This document shows positions 57,969 to 64,000 of a DNA stretch of 64,000 nucleotides, piece by piece. Source of the stretch: an uncultured virus (IMG/VR IMGVR_UViG_3300023184_009054) (Duplodnaviria > Heunggongvirae > Uroviricota > Caudoviricetes); IMG/VR virus record IMGVR_UViG_3300023184_009054; one strand, written 5' to 3'. The notes beneath the pieces were generated by a model, which searched no databases, had not been told where the DNA came from, and saw only the letters and a program-made list of their open reading frames with translations. Numbering within the stretch: the stretch's first letter is position 1; each line of letters opens with the position of its first letter. The position numbers and the translations under genes were made by a program.

Positions 57969-58469
57969 TTAATTCCTATGAATGTAAATTGGCTTACCAA
58001 TTTGTGAAATTAAAATTCCATTTTGATGATCTATTTCATGTTGATAAATAATAGAATTGAAATTATCAACATCTTCCTCAAATTCACTAATTACGAGCAT
58101 TGGATTATTGTCAGAAACCAATAGCCTTTTACCTTTTATCTTAATTTTTTCAAATCTGTCAACTTCGTACCTTTGAAGATTTCCATTAGAATCTTTCAAA
58201 GACAGACACCCCTCAATGGATTTAACCTTTTCTCCAACACCTTCATAACTACAATGAAAAAAATATTCATTTTTTTTTAAATTAATGATAACAAAAAAAT
58301 CATATGGAATTCCAACTTGGACTGCTGACAATCCGACCCCATTGTTATCAAGGCAAATTTGCTCCATATGCATCCCAAGCTTGTATAAATCCAAAAGATT
58401 ATCAGTTGGAGTTATACATGCTAAAGGAATATCTTTGGTGTCTACTAATCGCAAAGACTTAAAGTCCAT
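57969..58469 (-). CDS. def: Peptide deformylase
   Basis: GVGLSAVQ, EGCLS, QHEIDH motifs all present. Confidence 0.95.
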   Translation of the reverse strand: MDFKSLRLVDTKDIPLACITPTDNLLDLYKLGMHMEQICLDNNGVGLSAVQVGIPYDFFVIINLKKNEYFFHCSYEGVGEKVKSIEGCLSLKDSNGNLQRYEVDRFEKIKIKGKRLLVSDNNPMLVISEFEEDVDNFNSIIYQHEIDHQNGILISQIGKPIYIHRN

Positions 58470-58470
58470 A

Positions 58471-58734
58471 TTAGTCCTTTAAAGATGATAAAGTTTTTAC
58501 GATTAGCTCTACCCTTTGGTCAATCCAACTCTTCAACATGACTTTTTCTTTGCGAAGGTCTTTTGGAATCTTCAAAACAACCATGTCAACATTATCTTCT
58601 TCATTTAAGAATTTGTCTGCTAAATCACGAATCAATTTAGAAACAGACACATCCCTTTTCTTTGCTACAATCTTTAGCCTGTCTTGAATATCCAAATCCA
58701 TAGACAAGCTCATGATATTAACTTTCTTAGCCAT
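58471..58734 (-). CDS. Ribbon-helix-helix (CopG-like) DNA-binding protein
   Basis: MSLSMD..IQDRL..VAKKRDVSVSKLIRDL. Confidence 0.8.
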   Translation of the reverse strand: MAKKVNIMSLSMDLDIQDRLKIVAKKRDVSVSKLIRDLADKFLNEEDNVDMVVLKIPKDLRKEKVMLKSWIDQRVELIVKTLSSLKD

Positions 58735-58742
58735 AAAATCTC

Positions 58743-59033
58743 CTATACTTTTTTGTTTCTACGAAAAGGCTTATTATCTTTCTTTTCAGTTTTTCGATTA
58801 GGAAAATTTTCTCGCAACTTCATTTTAAGTCTTTGAAGTTCTGCATCTCTTTTCTTTTTTCTCTTTTTCTTAGATTCGCTTTCATAGAACTCATGCTCTT
58901 TATAATCATGCAGCACTCCAGCATCTGTTACTGCTTTTTTAAAAGTTGCAAACATTCTTCTAAATGCAATTTCCCTTTCATCTCTAGAACAATTTGGATG
59001 CATATCCCTTAGTTCCACTCTTACATTTCTCAT
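58743..59033 (-). CDS. rpsU: Ribosomal protein bS21, divergent
   Basis: FRRMF..FKK.V..AGVL.DYKEHEFYE..S.KKRKK. Confidence 0.85.
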   Translation of the reverse strand: MRNVRVELRDMHPNCSRDEREIAFRRMFATFKKAVTDAGVLHDYKEHEFYESESKKKRKKKRDAELQRLKMKLRENFPNRKTEKKDNKPFRRNKKV

Positions 59034-59042
59034 AAAAACACC

Positions 59043-60179
59043 TTAATCCCTATTTATTTTAAATAATTTTTTACCCAACTTTATGGTTTCTATAGTTCTA
59101 ACGCTTTCTTTATAAGAAACCTTTTTCCAACTTTCAGAAGTTGTTGGCCATAATTCACGATCTAATTCTGGTAGGAATTTGTTTAATCGATTGACTATGT
59201 TCTGCAAAATATCACCATTCCAACTTTGAATATTTCCATCTTTTATAATAGTAGAAAATGTAAAAATATATTGCTTTGGTAATTCTAAAGCACACATATC
59301 ATCAGATTCGTATTCTTTAAGATTGTTAAATCTCGATCTTTCATCAATACATAAAAATGGAGTTCTAGCCATTATTGCAAATCGTGATATGCCATTAAAA
59401 ACATCAAGAACACATCCACTTAATCTCATGGCAGAAAGAATCTTACTTATATCTTTATCGTTTATAAAAAGACAAGAATCTAAAAGTTCAGAAGAAATGT
59501 CGTATGTGAAATTATTTTGCCATATTATTGGAACAAAATTTTCACTTATTAGCTTTTTAGCAAGCTGTATATAAAAATCTTTAGTTGATTTGAAATTTCT
59601 AGATTTGCCATTATGCCACTGTTTGCAATAAATAGTGGGAGAAAACAAAACTTTAAATCCAGCCATCAAATTTGCTTGTTTTGTAAATTCTTTTCCCAAT
59701 ATAGAAGATGAAGGAACAAAGGGTAAAAATGTTTCTATTGGATTGCTAGAAAATTCTTTTTTAAATCCTTTATTGCAAGGTAAAAAAACATCTTTAATAT
59801 CAATTACACTTCTAAAAAACTCATTCAAATTTCTTGTATAAATGCTTGCAATGTCTGATGTGTTCTGAAACCCATCAGATTTCTCATACATTCTTGATAA
59901 TTGAGATTCATCTGAAAAACCCCAATACTCATCAACATAAGGAAACAAACTTGCATTACCAGGCCAAGAACATAAAATGAAATATCTACTAGATTTAAAT
60001 TGTTTCTTGTAATTGTGCAAAAGAAAAGAAGATAACAAAAATGTATTTCTATAATCGCCAAAAAAAGGAAGGACACAAATGTCACTAAATTCTGTAGGAA
60101 TGTTATTTTCATGGTATCTTTCTCTTTCATAGCCGTTTCTATGGGAGGCTCTTTTTAAGAAATCTGATACTGAGTTCAA
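59043..60179 (-). CDS. GT-B (GT9-like) protein; paralog of 60176..61423
   Basis: W.G...L...VDEYW; SRFAIMARTPF. Confidence 0.6.
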   Translation of the reverse strand: MNSVSDFLKRASHRNGYERERYHENNIPTEFSDICVLPFFGDYRNTFLLSSFLLHNYKKQFKSSRYFILCSWPGNASLFPYVDEYWGFSDESQLSRMYEKSDGFQNTSDIASIYTRNLNEFFRSVIDIKDVFLPCNKGFKKEFSSNPIETFLPFVPSSSILGKEFTKQANLMAGFKVLFSPTIYCKQWHNGKSRNFKSTKDFYIQLAKKLISENFVPIIWQNNFTYDISSELLDSCLFINDKDISKILSAMRLSGCVLDVFNGISRFAIMARTPFLCIDERSRFNNLKEYESDDMCALELPKQYIFTFSTIIKDGNIQSWNGDILQNIVNRLNKFLPELDRELWPTTSESWKKVSYKESVRTIETIKLGKKLFKINRD

Positions 60180-61423
60180 TTTTTACCCCACCAATAATTT
60201 AACTTCTTCATATTTCCCTCTACAACAGGTTTGTTGTCTACCATACCTACTATAGTTTCAAAATTTTTATTTATAATTTCATTTATAGATTGTTCACAAT
60301 ATAAAATGCCAGTTTCTTCGTTTTCTGATAAATTTTGGAAGTTGGCAATTACTATTTTCTTTTTATCATAATCGGTTGTTAGAACAATTCTCATTCCTTC
60401 TTGGCCATTTCCGACAAGCTGATCTGCACTCTCGAATAATATCCATGGGGTTTTCACCATGGATGCCAAACGAGTAGAGGCTGTATAAAATTGTATTGTA
60501 AAAATGCACTGAGAAATAATAGCAAGCGTTAATTCCAAATCTCTTGATTCATCACGAGTAGTAAAATCAAGAATTGTTGGATCTGGACACTTGTGAACGC
60601 TTTGCTTTTCTCCCATCCAAATTGGGTTATATCCCATTCTTCTCAATAAATTTATAAGCTTTACATAAAAATTAATTGACAAATTTCTGCCGTATCTAGT
60701 TCTATTTCTTGCGAATATAGCAACTGTATTTTCCTTCAACAATGACTTAGCATAATTTTTCTTTTCTTGTGTAGGGTCTGGGATTTTCCATAATCTCTTC
60801 TTACTTCCTTCCAAATCCCCAAAAAGTGGCCTCACAAGATTACTACTTTTGCACTTATCACAAACTGTATTTATATGTTCCTTTGTAGAAAAAAAACTAT
60901 TGCATGAGACACAATAATATTCAACGCATAACCTAGACATCATCCCCGCACAAACGACTTTTCCTTGTTGTCCAAGCTTTATTTCTAGGTTTGATAAATT
61001 TCTACTCTCGGTTCTAAAAGCATCTGCATATTCTCTCAACCATTGATATTCTTCTTTTAATTCCCAATATTCATCAGCAATTTTACTGTATAAAAAAGAT
61101 CTTCCGTACCAACCAACAACTATCACATAACAATCAGGATTGCGATGTATTATTTGAGGAATGCAATATGTTATTCCTATAGTCTCTACGCCAAATTCAT
61201 AAAATGCTGGTATGAATATTATTTTTCTGTTGTCGTTTGGTTTTTTTCTATTGTTAAAATTATGAACATGAAATGTGAGTTCATCTATTTTTTTCTCTGG
61301 GAGCATTTTACTTCTGCTTCCAGTCGCATAAGCATAAGGCTTAACTAAGATAAGTTTCTTATTGGCATTTGTTTTGCAGTGTAACCGCATTTTGGACATC
61401 TGAATTTCCTGAACTGTTTGCAT
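60176..61423 (-). CDS. GT-B (GT9-like) protein with Zn-ribbon insert
   Basis: EFGVE, WYGRSFLY..ADEYW, CVSC..CDKC, TRLASMVKTPW. Confidence 0.65.
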   Translation of the reverse strand: MQTVQEIQMSKMRLHCKTNANKKLILVKPYAYATGSRSKMLPEKKIDELTFHVHNFNNRKKPNDNRKIIFIPAFYEFGVETIGITYCIPQIIHRNPDCYVIVVGWYGRSFLYSKIADEYWELKEEYQWLREYADAFRTESRNLSNLEIKLGQQGKVVCAGMMSRLCVEYYCVSCNSFFSTKEHINTVCDKCKSSNLVRPLFGDLEGSKKRLWKIPDPTQEKKNYAKSLLKENTVAIFARNRTRYGRNLSINFYVKLINLLRRMGYNPIWMGEKQSVHKCPDPTILDFTTRDESRDLELTLAIISQCIFTIQFYTASTRLASMVKTPWILFESADQLVGNGQEGMRIVLTTDYDKKKIVIANFQNLSENEETGILYCEQSINEIINKNFETIVGMVDNKPVVEGNMKKLNYWWGKN

Positions 61424-61527
61424 TTAGCACATGATTTATATTCAAATAAATCCTTAGTGTCGTCAGGATTTACTACAACTCTTGACCAACTACATTTGAC
61501 ACATTTTACTATATTTGTATTAGCCAT
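61345..61527 (-). CDS. Small Zn-finger protein
   Basis: CVKC, CAKC, CPKCG. Confidence 0.65.
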   Translation of the reverse strand: MANTNIVKCVKCSWSRVVVNPDDTKDLFEYKSCAKCKQFRKFRCPKCGYTAKQMPIRNLS

Positions 61528-61921
61528 AGATCAACTTATTATACTTTAGCCATTCTGAAAATTTAATGTCTTTTCCATTTTGTTTAAAAATAATTTCAAT
61601 TGTATAATCAAAACCATTCTTATCAACTATCAACAACATAGGAGATTCTATGCTGTTTAATAGATTTATAATTTTGTTTTTTGAATCTGATTTTATTTTA
61701 TAATTTAAATGGCCATCTATACAAACTGATTCACCTTTCGACAAAAATGTAACTTCGTATCTATCGGTAGAAATTATTTTAATTTGTTTTATAATATGCA
61801 TCGTTTTAGGATGCATATTATTTTTGTCTTGATGCGAAAATTGATTTCTAATAAATAAAAATGAAAAAATAAATAAAATAAACAAAAATACAAAACAAAG
61901 TGTTATGTTTTTCTTAGTCAT
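61520..61921 (-). CDS. Membrane-anchored hypothetical protein
   Basis: N-terminal TM. Confidence 0.6.
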   Translation of the reverse strand: MTKKNITLCFVFLFILFIFSFLFIRNQFSHQDKNNMHPKTMHIIKQIKIISTDRYEVTFLSKGESVCIDGHLNYKIKSDSKNKIINLLNSIESPMLLIVDKNGFDYTIEIIFKQNGKDIKFSEWLKYNKLIYG

Positions 61922-62492
61922 TTTTTTTTAATTTTTTTCCATCACTCAATTTATTTCCATTTAACATATCACTTAATTTATCAATTTCATTTGTGATATT
62001 TTCAATTGACTTTTCAATTTTACTTACATTTTTACCAAAAGCCTCATCCCCCAACATCTTGTCTTGAAGATCATGAAGTTGTTTTTTCAATTTATCCAAA
62101 GAATCAAGTTCTTTTCCAGAACTGAAATTGTTAACTGGCTTCAACTCGGTATCTTTGCCGATTGAATCTGGATAAACAGGGTTTTGAGCATTAGCTGATT
62201 TTTTTACATTATCTTTTATTTTTTTTTTTGAGGGATTATTCTCTTCGTTTAAAACCCTTTGATTTCTAGGATCAAAATGATCATTCATGGTTCTCATGAC
62301 ATCATTCCATTGACCCATATCATCTTGATTAATCTCAGTGTCAAAAACATTTGGCATTTGGCCAAAGAAATTAACTTGTTTGCTGTCTCTTTCAGAAGCA
62401 GCTTGAGCATCAGACTTCCCAAAAATATTTTGAGCTTGAGCTTTATCCCATATTTTGGTTAACCTAGCTAGATCGTCACGCATATCAGACAT
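61914..62492 (-). CDS. Coiled-coil hypothetical protein
   Basis: Start reassigned to MSDMRDD (SD GGAG). Confidence 0.65.
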   Translation of the reverse strand: MSDMRDDLARLTKIWDKAQAQNIFGKSDAQAASERDSKQVNFFGQMPNVFDTEINQDDMGQWNDVMRTMNDHFDPRNQRVLNEENNPSKKKIKDNVKKSANAQNPVYPDSIGKDTELKPVNNFSSGKELDSLDKLKKQLHDLQDKMLGDEAFGKNVSKIEKSIENITNEIDKLSDMLNGNKLSDGKKLKKND

Positions 62493-62616
62493 TTTTATTT
62501 TCTCCATTAGTTTGACCAAATAATTTCTGTACTAAATTTTTTACCCATATTGGTTGTGGTAAAAAGTTCCAGCCTATAATTAGGCCAGCAACAAAAAATA
62601 AAGCATATATCAACAT
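62485..62616 (-). CDS. 43-aa membrane peptide (absent from ORF track)
   Basis: MLIYALFFVAGLIIGWNFLPQPIWVKNLVQKLFGQTNGENKNV; SD GGAAGG; GATATATA upstream. Confidence 0.75.
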   Translation of the reverse strand: MLIYALFFVAGLIIGWNFLPQPIWVKNLVQKLFGQTNGENKNV

Positions 62617-62699
62617 TAAAAATACCTTCCTCTTATTTCACTTATATATCTAGTTTTTTTCAAGTAATTCTGATAAAATAAAGAAATAAGGAGAAAAAT

Positions 62700-63659
62700 A
62701 TGCCTCATCCATACATGGCTTTTAGTATTGAAGAATGTGAAAGATTAAGTTTACTTCCCCAAAAAAACACTTTAATCATGGCGACATCACAAAGTTCCAT
62801 GGATATATTTATGCTTTCTGTTTTTAGCATACTCCTAAGAAGCAACCCAAAAAAACTCGAACATCTAATGGTATGCATAAACGGAGCAGACAAAAGATGT
62901 GGAGACCCAACACTTCAAGATATAAAACAAAATTTCTTAGAAGAATTGAGAAATATGAAATGGAACGGAAGGGATATGCCACTTACTGTAATTCGTGCTT
63001 GGAGTCGTGTTGGACACTCTCACTCTCTAGAAATGGCAATCCCTTGGGTTCATACTGAATTTTATACAATTATCCATGATGATGTAATTATCTTGCGTAA
63101 AGAATGGTGCGAAGAAGCAATTGAAAATTTAAATGATCCAAAAGCTGCGATCTGCTATTTTCCACCTTTACTAAATGGTGGAGTTTTAAAAAAAATACAC
63201 AACAACAAATGGTTCTTAGACCTCCCTCATCTAAATAGTACATTTATAGTTTGTAGAAAATCTTCTTTAGCCAAAATCGGAGCAAGATGGATCGGATATC
63301 ATTTTGAACATGAATTTAATCTTTATGATCGTGTAAATATCAAAAAATTCTTAGATCATCATTACGAATTGAATAATATCGAAAGCTTTCCGGTAATTGA
63401 AAAGCCATATTCTGGGATTGGTATGGATGTTGGAGCTTGGGTTTATAACAATCTATTAGAGAATAAATATGAATTTATTCCAATGAAAAAAAATACAGCC
63501 ATCCATCTTGTGGGCATGAGTTGGCATGATGACGATACAAAAGAAAAAACACTGACAATAAACAAAGATGAAATCAATTCGATTTACGAAGAGATAAAGA
63601 AAAACGAAAATTATATTTCACTTTTCGAGAAATACAAAAATGCCAAATCCAATACTTAA
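62700..63659 (+). CDS. Glycosyltransferase family 2-like
   Basis: GHSHSLE.A, IIHDDVI, DVG; SD AAGGAG. Confidence 0.7.
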   Translation: MPHPYMAFSIEECERLSLLPQKNTLIMATSQSSMDIFMLSVFSILLRSNPKKLEHLMVCINGADKRCGDPTLQDIKQNFLEELRNMKWNGRDMPLTVIRAWSRVGHSHSLEMAIPWVHTEFYTIIHDDVIILRKEWCEEAIENLNDPKAAICYFPPLLNGGVLKKIHNNKWFLDLPHLNSTFIVCRKSSLAKIGARWIGYHFEHEFNLYDRVNIKKFLDHHYELNNIESFPVIEKPYSGIGMDVGAWVYNNLLENKYEFIPMKKNTAIHLVGMSWHDDDTKEKTLTINKDEINSIYEEIKKNENYISLFEKYKNAKSNT

Positions 63660-64000
63660 CATAATTACCGCTGTAAGTCGTGAATTGAATATTTATTTAA
63701 TTGACCACGAACTTAGAAAAATAAAGAATTTAGATGTAAGATGGTATCTTATATACGATGGAATTTCAATGACATCAATTAAAATACCAGAAGATATAAA
63801 ATATTATCATGCAGAAATCTCTAATCCAATAAAAAGAGATTCTAGTGGTGCTGTGCAAAAAAATATAGCATTATCCAAAATAACAGAAGGATGGATTTAT
63901 GTATTGGATGATGATAATTCTATACATCCAAATTTCGAAAAAGAATTTTTAAATGCTATAAAAAAATACCCCAATAAAAAAGCCTTTGTTTTTTCACAAG
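63640..64000 (+). CDS. GT-A glycosyltransferase, partial (runs off window end)
   Basis: MPNPILNIITAVSR...WYLIYD...GAVQKNIAL...GWIYVLDDDN.IHP. Confidence 0.8.
   Translation, partial: MPNPILNIITAVSRELNIYLIDHELRKIKNLDVRWYLIYDGISMTSIKIPEDIKYYHAEISNPIKRDSSGAVQKNIALSKITEGWIYVLDDDNSIHPNFEKEFLNAIKKYPNKKAFVFSQ

Noticed and set aside
1..64000. Stop-codon reassignment (TAG/TGA) as seen in some huge phages
   Set aside because: Conserved genes are full length in code 11, coding density is high, and TAG/TGA stops abut the next genes. Reading through the TAG at 7763 in frame does not restore the CAP domain.
1..64000. CRISPR array, tRNA or rRNA genes
   Set aside because: No regularly spaced repeats or cloverleaf/T-loop signatures were seen in the short intergenic gaps by eye; tRNAscan-SE and Infernal would be needed to exclude them fully.
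1..64000. Bacterial chromosome or eukaryotic giant virus origin
   Set aside because: Housekeeping genes are isolated from their usual operons (infC without rpmI/rplT, clpX without clpP) among many ORFans with T4-like late motifs; SD sites and sigma factors argue against a eukaryotic virus.

Overview
This is an AT-rich (roughly 28-30% GC by eye), gene-dense, mostly minus-strand window that reads as part of a jumbo/huge tailed-phage genome in the standard genetic code. No CRISPR array, tRNA, rRNA or IS element was seen. It carries host-like translation and proteostasis genes (IF3, bS21, peptide deformylase, two CsrA, ClpX, DnaJ, GroES-like), two sigma-factor-like genes, PhoH, a ParB-like protein, an SF2 helicase, HNH nucleases and an orphan BglII-like DNA methyltransferase. 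It also has about 12 glycosyltransferases and several probable virion proteins. Several genes resemble Planctomycetota families from memory, which suggests a planctomycete host (inference). Three signals stand out. (1) A T4-late-promoter-like octamer (nATAnATA) lies only 4-8 nt upstream of ATG, with no room for a Shine-Dalgarno site, at 12 starts, implying a leaderless late regulon in a phage that encodes its own IF3 and bS21. (2) About 10 unrelated proteins, mostly under that promoter, share an N-terminal peptide resembling the T4 capsid-targeting sequence. (3) Four host-derived enzyme homologues keep intact ORFs but have lost catalytic motifs. All family assignments are from motif recognition, not database searches.
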